Positions 35,616 to 49,560 of a stretch of 64,000 nt of DNA are shown here, piece by piece; the first letter of the stretch is position 1; the number at the start of each line of letters is the position of its first letter. This DNA is from Lama glama. Its lineage: Eukaryota. The notes under the pieces were generated by a model. The model did no database searches. It was not told the DNA's origin and saw only the letters and a program-made list of their open reading frames with translations. The DNA lies in NCBI GenBank assembly GCA_028534125.1, contig CM052816.1, positions 41,170,001 through 41,234,000 of the forward strand, written 5' to 3'. The position numbers and the translations under genes were made by a program.

Positions 35616-38600
35616 TTTTGTTTAATTTTTAATTTTTATAAATGATCAATGAAAATGTCCAAGTATCTAATGATATTAAAGCAGGGATTAGATCCCAAGA
35701 ATCCTTCCCCGCGAAAGCAACTGTTACCAAATAAATTCACAATACAGTCTCCAAAAGAAGACCTTATTGAATGATCATTTTCAAATTATCTATTGTGTAC
35801 TGTACATTCGAATGAAAGAGATTTAGATTCTATAGCTCTTTCTCTCATATATGTCTTTTGGCCCCACAAACCCACTAGTACTTCTATGAGAAAATGTAAT
35901 TTGTAATGGTATTCATCATACATAGTTCTATTTTAGTCTTTCTTTTTAATAGGAAAAAAATACCAGGAAAGACATGGTACTGGCAGAAGATTCCTTGGCT
36001 GATTACTACAATGTGTGTCCTTTTTGGTAAGACAACTATACTACACCCTCTGGCACTACATGGATTTTTATGATTTGATAAAACACCTATACAAGGCACC
36101 TCTTTGCATCTCAATTTCCTTAATAGAAGAATTATAAAACTAGGCTAAGCTGCAATTTACCTTTGCATTTATGGGAAGTGTATGACTAAAACATTCAGGG
36201 TCTGATAAAACAAATGTATAGGGATTTTAAGACGCAGGGCATTGCACTGGGTTACAGAGCACAACTGCCATTTTCTACTAAATGCCAAAACTAGGTTTCT
36301 CTGAAAATTTCATACAGAATTCTGACATGGAATAATAAACATAATGAACATTTATTGGACATTCATTGTGTTCCAGGGGTTGGAATAAATACTTCACATA
36401 TATTATCTCATTCAATTCTATATTAGGAGGCAGGCCATTTTATAGATGAGGAAAGAGTTTAAGGTATCTAAGTGCTTATCTGTGTCTACCATATTTAACC
36501 CATGGTGATGACAAAATTATCATTTTTCTTTCTATAAATTATTTTTTCTAACCTCATCTCTAGTTCCATGAGGTAGACGAAAGGATGGGCTGAACCTTGT
36601 ATTTTAGCCCAGGTGCTCCCACCTTAGGGAAGTAGCTTACATTTTTATATGTAAAATAAAACTGAATAAAACCTTTGTTGCTCCATTTGCCATGCTTCCA
36701 TATAGACCCAGTTCATACTTAATTTTTCTTAATTCAAAAAAGCAGGAAAAGCTGTTCACTTACCTCAACTCATACCCTAATATCTTATGATATAAAAAGG
36801 TTGAAAACAGCTTCTTTTCCTCTCCTGTTCCCACTCACCAATGCTTTTTCAGAGGAATGCAAAAGAAACAGCACTATCTTTGATTCTCAGGTCTGAAACT
36901 TTTTTGGAATGGACAATTTTTCATAGAGATTACACAATAGAAAAGTTAACCTAAACTAAGCATTATTTCATATGCGCCCTGTACAGCCAAGTAATATTAC
37001 TTGCTCAGAAGTAATACTCCTTTTGCCTCAGATCTCCATCAACATGCAAAATAAACAAAATATTCTATTTGCTATGCTGACCATTTTTAATACTTTTATT
37101 TTAATGAGACTTTTGTTCAGCTTATGTATCTGAGTGAGTCTTTGCCAGTGAGTGTCTATTCCACAGAACCACCAGATGGCTAAAACACAGAAATGACACC
37201 TGCAGAAGGAATTAAATAAAGAAGGAATATTCACCAAGCTTTGCCTTCTTGTGACTGCCAGCTGCATCCATAGTTACACGCAAAACAAGTGTAATCTACA
37301 ATGCTGCTTTCCTTAAAGAGACCATGGGAAGTTGTTAGCTATGTGCCCAGAGACTCAAATATTAAATCACAGAGAATGTAAGCAGAAACAGTATTCGGTC
37401 TTCAGTGGCAGCACTGGCAATGGGGGAATTAGACTAGGACTCTGCCATCTGTGGGCTTGTTTCAAGTCCAAGTGCTGCCATTGACCTATAATGATTTAAC
37501 ATTCCTCTTGGGAGTACAGAGTGCCGACACATATGGGGTAAATTTGTACAGAAAAATAAACGAATAAATAAAATATGGAGCTTGCCACTTGGACACCTTT
37601 AAGGTCAAGTGCTGTGACTCTAGATGGCCTTATTAAATGAACAGATTCAAGAGGATAATAAATGCTTCCTTGCCTCGTGGCTCTACGTTGTAGATCATCA
37701 GGTTTCCTGTAGGTCTCTCACTGATATGATGATTTGTGGGTTATTACATATACTTCACAGTAAAATCCACTGTCATGTTTCTTGGAGAGTTATGTGTTGG
37801 TTTGCTATCATTTGTTACCATGTAAACTGACTATTAAACCCATCTGAATTGCTTTACCAAACTTCAGGACAATGTACAGAGTCGTAGCCTCATTTTTATG
37901 CCAGGTCCCAAAGCAGAATTTCTCAGCTACTTAAAACTTAACAAAAGTAAAGGGGGGGAAAAAGGCTATGGTAATGATTGTGTAAAACTTTGTAAATACA
38001 CGAAACACCATAGAGCTGTGTACTTTAAGTGGGTTAACTTCAGGGTGAGAAAATTCTATGTCAATAAAGCTTTTTAAAAAATTAGTCGAAAGTAACTCAC
38101 TGACTGAGGTACCACTGGTTCTCCTTTTGGAGATTTCTAACCTCTCTCTTCCTCTTGCAGGTGCCTTTATACTCCCTCAGGATCCATACAAACTCCCCTC
38201 AGGAGCCTAGACTCCAGATTCCAACAAGGTCTTTCACAGTTGTGTGTACCCTATAAAAACATTCCAGTAAAGGCTTAACTTCTCCGAAGAACCCAACTGA
38301 ATCTCTAATTCTTTAACATACACATTTGCACATCATTTTTCTCATATCCTGCCCAGGTAATTAATACACACAAACTTTCAAAAGAGTCTCCTGTAAGCAG
38401 AATAAATAGAATTTCAGGCTAGATAGCTATTGAGGAAAATAATTGGGGACCCTCATTCTACAGAAGAGACCTTGCATTCAAGCATCATCCCAGACATGTA
38501 CACATTCTGTTCCTCCTCCTGTCTGTCTTTCTACAGTTACTTCCCTCGCACTTTACGGGTGGGCTTCTCCCAGCCGAATTCATTCAGTTCTCATCTCTAA

Positions 38601-39189
38601 ACAAAAGCAGGAAGGATTACAGACTGGCTGACATTCAAACACATCACCCTTCCTTGCTGAGTTTTCATCCTATTTTTATGAATGGACTCTTGATATAATA
38701 GAGAAAAGCCTAACTTTCACCATGAAAAAGTGAAATCTAACACCAGTGCTCAGGCCATCATCCCATCATTCCTCTGGACTAAACGTTACCTAGAAACAGT
38801 TTTGAAATTTTATAAGCCTCCATTTATCTTTCTTCACCTATGAAGACTTTCAGCTCCTGAAGCTCACAACCAATCCTCCTTTAGACCCATTCAATGCTTG
38901 TGGCCTCAGTAGAAAGAAATGGTCTCTTCTGAGTAGAAAGCAATGCTCTTTTGGCTCTTTTCCTTTAGTGTAGATTTTTTTTAACAAGTACTGTGCTTGA
39001 AAATAAACAAAAAATAAAAGTAATCTATGCCTACTGTGGAGAAATGTGAAATGCAAGCAAGCAAAAAATAAATTCCTTAAACTCTTACCATACAAAAAAA
39101 AATCTTTTCATATGTAATATCCTTCTAGACACTATCTATATTTATGTCTACCTAATATCTCTCTTAATTGTTTCCACTTCATTTTACTT

Positions 39190-41500
39190 CTTACATTTAT
39201 TCAGAAAAAAACGTGATTTCAATAACTTCCATGCTTTAGATTCCATACAAGGCACTTGGAATAAATAAGAATGATACGGCTTGGATTTGATAACCCTTTC
39301 TAGTGAAAGGCAAAGCAAAACAACATCAAAACAAAACAAAACATGCATTAGAGAAAAATGTTATAAAGAAAATACCACAGGGCGACATACAGATATACGC
39401 TTGGGGGCACTACTTGGACAGTTTGGTAAACCTAAAAGAGCAGCATTTAAGCTGAGATTAAAGAATGGCAGGCAACTGCTCTGTGAAAGACTGATGCAGG
39501 GAGCATTCCCAGCAAGTTTAAAGCCCCTGTGATGGAAAGTGTGACATGTCAACTTGCTGGGCTCCAGTGCCCAGTTATTCAAACACTAATGTAGGTGAGG
39601 TTGTGAAGATTTCCTGATTAATGCTCATCATCAGTTGACTTTAAGTGAAAGGTATTATTCTACATAATCTTGGCGGGCCTGATCCAATCATTTGAAAGCG
39701 TTTAGGAGCAGAACTTCAGTTTCCCAGAAAAGGACAAATTCTACCCACGGACTACAGCTTCAGCTGCCTGAGAGTTCCAGCCTGCTTTTCACAACTGCCC
39801 GCTTCCCAGATTTCAGACTTGCCTAGACAGCCCCCCAATCAATAAGCCAATTCTTTTATAATAAATCTCTTAACATACATCTCCTGGTTCTGTTCCTCTC
39901 ATTAAATGCTGGCTGACAGAGTCCCTAAGAGAAAACAACAACAAATAGGAGAAAAGCTATGTCCTAAACATTTATGTGCCCCAGGTGCTACACACTATAC
40001 CCAGGTACCATTATTACTTCCACTCTACTGATGAGGAAACCAAGACACAGGCAGGTGATGCCCAAGATTACACAGCTAGTCATTACTGGAACTAAGGCTC
40101 AGATTCAGGCACTCTGGTTATGGCTGCAGAGCTGAAAAAGTATCGGAGCCCAGAGATCAAGAAGAGTGGCACGAGATGACGTAAAAGACATCCAGACACA
40201 ACTCAACTGAGACCTAGTATGGCACCGGAAAAGGGGTGAATCTTACTAGGTGAGTAAATAAAAGCATGGACTGACTTCCATTAGAGAGGGATATTATCTG
40301 ATTAAGGTTTTAAGGAAGTTACATTAGTTGCTGAGGGAGAGAATGAAGACAGAGCAAGTGTACCAAGAGGGAGACCAATGAGGAGGCTGCCGAGCCCGTC
40401 CAGGAGAGACATCATGGCTGCTGGGTTGGCAGCAGTGATGTGCAGAGAAGCAGACCGACTGAGATTTATCTTTGAGTTAGAGTTGACAGGACTTCAATAT
40501 AGTGGGCAAGGAAAAGAGAGCCCAGAAGATGGTCCTTAAGTATTTGGCTTGAAGGACTGGGTAGAGAGTGGTACTATATTCTGAGACGGGGAAAATGTTC
40601 AGATTTTGCCATATTAAATTTGAGATGTCTCTGGGGTATCCACATTGAGGCATCCAAGTCTGGAGCTCAGAGTTTTGGAATGGAGACGCCAACCTGGAAT
40701 TTATGACCATATAACTACTATTTCAATATGTGTAAGTGAATCATTCAAAGCAAGTAAAGAAAGAGGAGGAGAATGAGGTCTCAATCATGAAGTACTCTAA
40801 AATTTAGAGATCAAATAGAGAAAACAGACTCCATAAAAATGTATTTAAGGAGAAGTTGCTAGTGATAACAAGAAAACCAGAAGACTGCAATACTGTGTGA
40901 GCAAAATGAGGAAAACATTTCAAGAAGGACACAATATTAGTTGTTACAAATACTGTTGAAGGGTTAAATAAAATAAAGATAGTAAACTATCCACATGAGA
41001 TATAGAACTTCACAGCCAAGAGAATATTAATAACCTTGACAAGGGTACAACAGATTAGTAATTAATCTAATTAAGTATTATTAATTAGTAAATAGTAAGA
41101 GCAAAACCCAGATTGTAGTGAACCAAAACGTGAATAGGAAGTTAGAACATGAGCACAGATTATCAGCCGTGCTTTCATGAAATGGCTATAAAGAAGCTAG
41201 AAACATGGGTGGGGGGGGGTATGTGGAAAAGTAGGTGTTTTTCTATAATTGGAGATACAGAAACATAATCTATGAAAATGTGTGTGGTCGATGATTCAGG
41301 AGCAAGATGATATACACAAAGAAACAGAATCCCTGAGAAAAATCAAACAAACTTGGAGAGATTAACCTTTGGAAAAAAGAAAAGATACATCCTCCACTGT
41401 AGTAAGAAGGAATAAGAGGAAATGGGTGGAAATGTAGGTTCTTGGTGATCAAACGGTGGATTTCATATCTGATGGCTTTCTCCCCTCCTTAAGAATAAAG
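39190..41500 (-). mobile_element. Long L2 fragment, interrupted by MLT2 and MIR
   Basis: L2 antisense motifs: gagaccaatgaggaggctgcc, ttagagttgacaggacttc, tttgagatgtctctggggtatccac, tggagctcagag. Boundaries approximate. Confidence 0.75.
39528..39920 (+). mobile_element. MLT2-type (ERVL) solo LTR
   Basis: tgtgatgg...atgtcaacttg start; aagccaattcttttataataaatctc and ctggttctgttcctctc near the end; 5-bp TSD-like gcccc/gtccc. Confidence 0.85.
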
Positions 41501-41766
41501 CCAAACTGTCTTCTGAAACTAAGGTGAGGAAGGACTCTGATACATTTCAGACAAGAGGATGTGGGAAATGTCGAATCTCACCATGTGAGAAAGCTAGCCT
41601 GCTGAAGAAACAAGCGTGATATTTAGTGTCTCTCTGGGTTTTGTGATCCAAGATCTCAAGCAATTGGCAGAGAACTGTAGAAACAGATAAGTAAACCTTC
41701 AAATCTCCCCAAATCATCACACAAGAATAGACAAAGCAACTTAAGATAGCAAAATAGAAACAAGTA

Positions 41767-41767
<1 letters not shown>

Positions 41768-41799
<32 letters not shown>
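41768..41799. repeat. (CA)16 microsatellite
   Basis: Perfect CA run. Confidence 0.95.
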
Positions 41800-41801
<2 letters not shown>

Positions 41802-42094
41802 CGGCAGCAATCAAACTAGTGAAAACATAATCCCTTAAATCTCAGAAACTGAAATGAATGAACACCAACAACTGATGGCAATATGATGACTGGTAACAGC
41901 AGGAGGGAAGCAAAGCCTGGAGGCTGTGGGGGCAGGTTGCTGACAGAGCAAGGATTCCCTGAGCAGTGTATTTAGAGAAGGATCAAATATAGGGGAGACT
42001 TTTGCAAACAGAGACTGGAAAATAGAGGGCCCAGTGAGAGAGGAGACTACTGGAGCCCATGAATGAAATAATGCACACATTTTCAGGTCCATGC

Positions 42095-42790
42095 ATTTAG
42101 GTCCACACCATTTTTAATGGTTGCATAGAATCCAACTATGGATATACTGTGGATTCTTCAATCACCTACCATTAGATAATCTATTCTTATGAGGAAAAAA
42201 CTCACAAATGTGTGTAAAAGTAACTACAGAAAGTCATACTTGGGCTGTCTTCTTTACAAACTCATTTTGTTATTTCCTGAAAATTCCTAAAGAGAAATTA
42301 CTAGGTTAATATATGCATTTATCTAAGAGTTTGGATATGTATTTTTAAGCTACTCCTAAAAATAAACACTCCCACTACAGGAGTCTGAAAATAGCAAATG
42401 TTAAACACTAATCTTTCAATTTTACTCACTCTTTTGGTTGTCTATCATTAATTAATTCCTAATTTTTCATATTAATAGTCACTTATTCCAGAAAGTTGAA
42501 TTTCTTTAAGATTTTCAAAGACAGTAGCTTACCTGGTTGACCTGTATTTTTATCTCCTCTTCAATGGTGATTTTATCTTCTTCTATTTTAATTGGCTTTT
42601 CCAGATAGTGATTTATCCATTTTATTTTTTTTTCCTCAAAAACTACTTCTGTTTATTCATAGGTTCTAGAGTCCTATTTTCTACTTCATTAATTTCTGGT
42701 TTTCTCTGTTTTAATCCCCTCTTCCTACTTTATTATTTGTATTCATATATTTTAAATTGATTTTTAGTAGTATTTAATTGTAGTTTTAGT
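42095..42790 (-). mobile_element. Old L1 remnants (3' UTR and ORF2 pieces)
   Basis: ttttaatggttgcatagaatccaactatggatatac; ttttctacttcattaatttctggttttctctgttttaatcccctcttcctacttt (antisense ORF2). Confidence 0.6.
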
Positions 42791-43627
42791 ATTTTGACAA
42801 CTTAATAAACAAAAGAAAAAGAAACATGGCTTTTTTGTTCCTTTACATTTCTAGTTTTATGTACTTTCAAGGATTTTTCAATTTGGGGCTATTTTTAGGT
42901 TTTCCATGCAGTCTAATACATGGCTCATCTTTATAGTTATTCCACAGACGTTATGTAAACTATTTTGGAGCATAAACATTTATTTTTTATTAAATTGATT
43001 TTATTTACATGATTTAATTTATTTCCAATCATTTAATGAGGAAAGAGAGACTAAGACAGAAAACACAAATATAGTAAAAATTAACACTTGGGAAAGTAGG
43101 TGAAGGGTATACGGGAATTCTTTGCATCATACTTGTAAATTTTGTGCCAATTTGAAATTAGGACAAAATACATTTTTTTTAGTAAGAAAAATATGATACG
43201 TCATCTCATGAATCAGAAAATCATTGTATTGCATGAATGCTTAATCAAATGCAGGAGGTGCGCCTTTGAATCAAGAAGTTATTTCAGAAACATTGTTATT
43301 TTTTCCCTAATAACTGAGCAGAAATAAAGATGGTTTCACTGAGAGAAAAGGAAAGTCTAGTAATTTCAAGAAAACATTGCTTGCCATACTATTGAAAATG
43401 GGGGGGATTATTAAAGATACAAAGCATTTTCAGAAAAACACAATTGAAATTTTAGGAAAGAAATGAGCTTAATATTGATAAAGCAGGAAGTCAAGGATCA
43501 CCAGAAAATCAGCTGTGAATATGCTCTCTTGCCAGGGTTTATTATTTTGAAGCCTCATTCACACCCGGTCATAATCAGATTCAGCACATCATATGAATCT
43601 CAGTGAAGTTCAAAGGTCCTATGGCAA

Positions 43628-43982
43628 ATATCATATGACATCATTGATACGTGAAATCTTAAAAAAAATGATAAAATGCACTTATTTACTAAACAGAAAT
43701 AGACTCACAGTGTAGAAAACAAATTTATGGTTACCAAAGGGGAAAGGTTGAGGGAGGGATAAATTAGGAGTTTGGGCTTAACGGACACTCTACTATATAT
43801 AAAACAAATGAACAAGAAGGACCCACTGTGTTTCCTGCACAAGGAACTATATTCAATATCTTGCAATAATCTATAATGGAAAAGAATCTGAAGGAAAAAT
43901 ATGTATGTATAATCGATTCACTTTGTTGTACGCTTGAAACCAACAAAACATAAATCAACTATACCTTCAACTGAAAGAAAGA
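43628..43982 (+). mobile_element. 5'-truncated artiodactyl-type L1 3' end
   Basis: aaacagaaatagactcacag...ggttaccaaaggggaaagg...gataaattaggagtttggg...aatcaactatacc. TSD gtcctatggcaa at 43616-43627 / 43983-43994. Confidence 0.9.
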
Positions 43983-44500
43983 GTCCTATGGCAATAAAGA
44001 CTGTCTACTTTTGTTACAGGGAAATTTTCCAGGAAAAAGACTTTTTTCTTCGATCTAAACTTTAGTGAACCTGTTTTCCAAGAGCCTCACCAAATCTAAC
44101 CCATGAAGAAAAATCCTGAGAAAGGAAAATGTTTCATTAGGAATTTTTTTAAATAGCAGTTGGCTTTATGTTTTTATTTAATAATTGTATATAAATGTGT
44201 ATGTTTTCCTTCCTTAGTTTTACACATCAATTTTGATACTCTTAAATTGTGGAATGACTTTTCAGAACTAACATTTTATTTGTTGTATCTTCTATATAGT
44301 CAAAAGATATAACTTCTTGATATGACTGTCATCCAGGTAACAAGCAGGAATTTACTGTACATGGACTGCATGTAGCAAATATGGACTGCAAGCCAAAAAA
44401 AAGTGTCTGAGAAATATCACATACTTTAATTTTTATGAAAAGCCCCAATTCCACTGAATGTCATAAACTTCATGGTGGTAAGGACAGTTACCACTTCTTT

Positions 44501-44696
44501 CAGTAATATGCTGATAAATGTTTAACAAATGTCTCTCTGGAGTTAAAAAAAAAAAAAAGCCTGAATTGCCGTGTTCAATCATATCCATGATATGAGCACT
44601 CCCACCCTGGCCAGTTTCAAGGTACTAACTTGACGTTCAGCTAACAAGAAGAGATGCTGACAGTCCAGTGCAATGCAACTCCAGGGCACATCACTG
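44501..44696. mobile_element. MER63-like hAT MITE
   Basis: Termini cagtaatatgctg...gcacatcactg (imperfect terminal inverted repeats); internal taaatgtttaacaa and actcccaccctggccagtttcaagg; 8-bp flanks acttcttt/ctttcttt. Confidence 0.75.
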
Positions 44697-47600
44697 CTTT
44701 CTTTTTGTGAGTTATAGGTGAGTGCCTGTTACCAAAACTTTGGGGCTGGAGGGCAACTAACCATACCTATGCCTGCTGAGATAGGTGTCATCCTATTTGA
44801 TCCCTTACTATTAATCCACAAAGGATCCGACTCTGTTTTCACTTGTTCTCTAGCTCGAGAACTTTCCACATCTGTCCCTCAGCTAGCAGTAGTCCATTTG
44901 GACGCATGAGCAAGGTGCATTTACTCCCACAACTCATGAAGCAAAGGGAACTCTGAGCAGCATGGAAGATTCACTCACCCAGACACACCCTATGGCATTT
45001 CTGGTCTATTGCCCCCGTGGCACTTGGTGCAGCAAGGCAACGTGAGGATCGGCCATGACTCCAGATTCCATAGGGAAAGTGAAGCACGCAGACCTTTGCA
45101 TCTCACTCACCCAGTCCACCTGAGGTGTCTGTGACCCCTTCACCCAAACAGGGTCCATTCAGCACAGATACAAGGCGAGCAGGAAAGAGGGTTCTTCTCT
45201 CAGGGACACTCATACATATCTAACAATGGCTTCCCTCCCAATTATTGTCTCAGCAAACCCGAAATCTCTGCCTTTTGTAGGAGCTTTTACAAATTGTACA
45301 TGCTTCCATACTTTCTAACTACACCAAAGCCTGGGCTTTGAATACTCCCAGGCTTGGGCACAGTAAATTCGTCTGTCTCCTTAGCACCTTTTCTCATGAG
45401 GAAAAATGTGTCTTATTGAACAATAGGATAAAAGGTAAAAAAAAAATGCAAAGAAGTTTAAGGGAAATCTTTAGTTAACATAAAAATATTATCTTACTAC
45501 ATATACATTTGTTCCTGATAGAAATTTGGCTGTTTATCAAAAGCTTTATTCATATGCATATTCTATCTCCAGCAATTCAATTTCTAACCTTTTATCATAA
45601 AAAATAATTGTAAATGTGCACAACAATTAAACTGTAAGAATGTCCATCAGTGTTACTTATCATTGTAAAAAAATTACAAACATTATTATAACGAAAATGT
45701 AGTTAACAACATGCTCTAGATATACCAATGAGATATGCAACTATCAAGTGAGGTTACAGAAAGATGTATTATCACCAAAAAGTTTTTAATTCATGATTTA
45801 GTAAAAATTAAAATATTTTTCTGAAAAAATAACTTATACGTAAACATTATGAATACAAACATATACATTATCCAAGTGTTAGTACTGTCGGTGATTTTTA
45901 TTTTCTTATTGTTTACCAGCTTTCTAATTTTTTCCTTAGCAATAACATTTATTAACTGGTTAAAGATCCTCTGCTGCCAAATATCACTGGACTAGCACTT
46001 CAGCCAAGAAAATATTTTCTAAGAATGACAGAATATTCTATTTTTTGGTTATAGGAAAGAGACTGTCTGATATTCATTTCATTTTCATTATATTATACTT
46101 GTTCTGTGGCTTTGAGATTAACACAGTTTCACATCTATTTCTGAATCCTCAAAACTACTCCTGTGTGACGTACAAGCAGGTGTTTTATCCCCATTTCCCA
46201 CAAAGGAAAACTGGGCCTCTGTGATATGTAATGAGTTGCCCTCTGTCACTCAGTGCATAGGTCATGAAGTAAAGACTGTGTCTCCAAACTCAGTGCTCTC
46301 ATTAATACATTCTTGTGTTTCACAGAAAGTATGTTCAGATAGTATTTAAGAAGGAAGATAGTGTAAGATAAATAAATCTTTTTATAGGTGCTAGAAAAAT
46401 TGCACAAAGGCATTTTAATCAAAGAAATTACAACTATATCCTTAAATAGATGATCAGGGCCATTAGTTTAAACAATTGTTTATAATAAAAATATGTATAT
46501 TAATACTTCTAAAAAATAAAAGGCAAGAAAATGTATTAAGAGGACTATGTTCCAGCCTTAGGATAAAGGCTATGTATTCCCTTATCTATCAAATTTACCT
46601 TACCAAGTATGTACTCTCAAGTCTTTGTCAGGTATATCTTTTCATATGATAAAACTAAACCTTAAAAGTAAGTCATCTACCCGGGTTGTACAGGTAGCAA
46701 TTGGCAGAATCAGGTCTGTGGGTCAAACACCAAAGTCAATGCTCTTCACCAGGAGCCTGGGTTTACAAGGGACAAGGATCAGTTGGCATGAGTCACCACA
46801 GCCACCTACAGAGCTCTGCAAGGGATGTGGATTGAATAGTTAATCCAAACACTAGACAGAACATTTAAAGGAGGTGCAATATCACTGAAAATTTTCAGTC
46901 ACTCAGATTCCCCTAAACAGATACACCAATCTTAGAGGTAATTTGCCAAGTAAATAGAATTTGCTAAGTAAATAGAATGCAAAACTGTGACCCACCTGAC
47001 TGTTCTGTTTTTTAGCAGTCTTCAAGAAAATCAAGTATCTTCTGTTTATGACTAACAGCACAGTAAGAAAAAGGGAAATGGAGCAATTTCACAGAGAGAC
47101 CAAGTCAACACACTGCTCTTGATTGAATTAGACAGCAGTTTGATGGAAAGCTGCTTTCAGGCACCTAAAATGATGCAAGGAATTGTGGGCTGTTTTCCCC
47201 TTTGCTTCACTGCACACTGTTGAGTGTCTGCACAACCATTATGTTGTACTATCGCCCTAAAGACAGTCACAATTCTCTCCTTTGAGTGTACAATAACCCT
47301 GAGTTCTAACTGTTCTAAATACCTTAAAATTTAACATAAAACAAAGGTTCTTATCTACAATTTATACTTTTTTTGTATTTTAAAATGTCTACTCATTTAC
47401 TTCTAATTCATGTGAAATATCCACAAATAGGAGTAAAGGAGACTTAGAAAAAGCAAAATAGCAAGGCTTTTTCAAATATATTACAAAAATACCATTTATA
47501 TAGCACTGATCTCATTTCCTTTATTTATCCATTCAACAAAATGCATAGAATTCCATACTTTATGCCAGGCATTGGCTACAACAGGACAGATAAGCCTCCG

Positions 47601-48689
47601 CCTTCTATTATTCAGAGAAGTCTTTCCTTCCATTGATATTCTTATCAGTATTATCATAAAGGAACCTCCCCATCTTAGCCTATATAAAAGGATTTTAAAG
47701 ATGGCTCTTCGCACTGCTGGAGCGACAGAACTATAGCAGTTTGACAGAAAATCACCTCCCCATTTAGTTTTGTGTCTTCTCTCATCCTCTAAGCAGAAGT
47801 CTGTTTACTAATACTGCTTCAAAATATGTCACACCGGCAGCTCTCACTTGAAAGGAAACCTATGGAAGTCTGGAGACTTGGTTGCTGGGGAAATGCAGCA
47901 GAGAAAGACTGATCAAATCAAGGACATGCCCACAGCCGAGGACATGATCAAGCCACCAGGTCTAACTCACCCCACGCATTTTCATGTCTCCAGAGACCGC
48001 TGATCAGAGCCCTGCTCTAGAAATGTCCGTGCTTCTGGGAATATCACTATTAAATCATTTTTCACTTTTCCCATTTTCTTCTCTTCCATTAGCCTCTACA
48101 TCTATTCTAAGGCCACAGGACTGCATTTGTCAAAGAGATAAGCAACTCTGTCATTCAGAGGAGAATGTGAGATTTCTTTAAAAAGTAAAAGGTGAATTTA
48201 AAAAAGCTCCTGCTACATGAAGTCCGTCAGACCTGCGCAGAAAGAGTTACAGACTGCTTTTATTTCTTCTCACCAATGGACAATTTGTTGAGCCCTCTAA
48301 AATAATAGGCAACAATCTGTCCACGATTTTAAAATTCATACACTTGATTTACTAATAGAGAAAAAAAAAAACAGCTTTCATTCATCATTCCTGTCCCTAA
48401 AAATTCTAGCCTCTGCCTTTCTTCCCCTAGTATCTTTTACTGTAGTAAATTTTTATTTCCTTGAAAAAAAAAATTTGGTCTGCATTAGGATTTACTGAAA
48501 CACCAAAAGGACATCATTTGGCAAAGCGACATGGCTTAATTTCCTATTTTCCATATACCTCAGTGGTGCTCACACTGCCAGCTTGCAATTACCCTCAATG
48601 ATGGAGGATCCAGAATTCATGGAATTGGAAATCTGCATATAAATCCCAAACCTTATTTTATTCAATACATTCGATCTTCTTGTAATCTA

Positions 48690-49560
48690 ACCTTTCCCTG
48701 GAGAGGCAGATAATTAGCTAAATAGGCTGAACTTCCACTTCATCTCTCTTCTGGCAGAAAATGGACTAAAGGTTAGCAGGGGCCAGGGATATGGCAGAGT
48801 TTAGAGCTGGGAGTTGTATCCAAGTGAACCGAAGCTCAGAACTCAGCAACTCAGTCAACATGACAGGAATTCTGAGAGCAGTAAGACCAAAAATTATAGA
48901 ACAAGAGGAGGAAGCATGCTCCTCTAACCATGACCTTAAGCCACCAGCAGGAAGTGTTTCTTTCCGGCCCAGATGACCTACGATGTCAGTCAAGGGTCAC
49001 AGTCTCAGGTCCCAGGTACAGGGGATAAAGTATGTCTGTGGTTGAGGAATGGAAGAAGAAACAGAGAAATGGGGAAAGCCTCCACAGAGTCACTAAAAAG
49101 CTATAGTTAAACATTAGCCCAGCAAGGACTGCCTAAATTCTGTATTGTGGGAAAAGAAAAAGAAACAGGAGGACCACACACAGAATCTTCCAAAAACATT
49201 GCTGAATCCTCACTGCCTTTTCAGCAGGAGCCGTTAGGGGTGTGTTCCATCTTCCCTTCTATCCAGGCCCTTGCCAATTTTAGACAAGACTCTCTTTAAG
49301 ACCCAAAGAAACTGAGAGGGAAGCAATGTTCTAGGGCTGGACTCTTGACACTCCAGACTCATTCTTGTCAAAGCCACAGATGGGTCCATACGTAGGGGTC
49401 ATTTCTAGGCCTGAGCTCCAGGATTGTGTCTTCTGTGGTCATTTCCAGAGAGGGTAACAAGTCAAGAATAATTGTTGCAACCTGTGCCCTAAAAGTAACT
49501 GAGGTCCTTTTAATATTTAAAACAATGTTTTAAAAAAAATCACATATGCTAAATGAAAAC
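48690..49560 (+). mobile_element. Ancient LTR-like element (LTR78/79-like)
   Basis: gataattagctaaataggctgaacttccacttc start and a purine-rich body. Family assignment from memory and uncertain. Confidence 0.35.

Noticed and set aside
36839..36892. Minus-strand 54-nt AG...GTGAGT exon-like unit
   Set aside because: Stop codons in all three frames and a poor pyrimidine tract.
42525..42640. Strong minus-strand donor CAG|GTAAGC after a short open frame
   Set aside because: Lies in a decayed L1 ORF2 remnant with no convincing acceptor.
46941..46978. 18-bp tandem duplication (atttgccaagtaaataga, two copies, one mismatch)
   Set aside because: Ordinary slippage-type duplication with no further structure.
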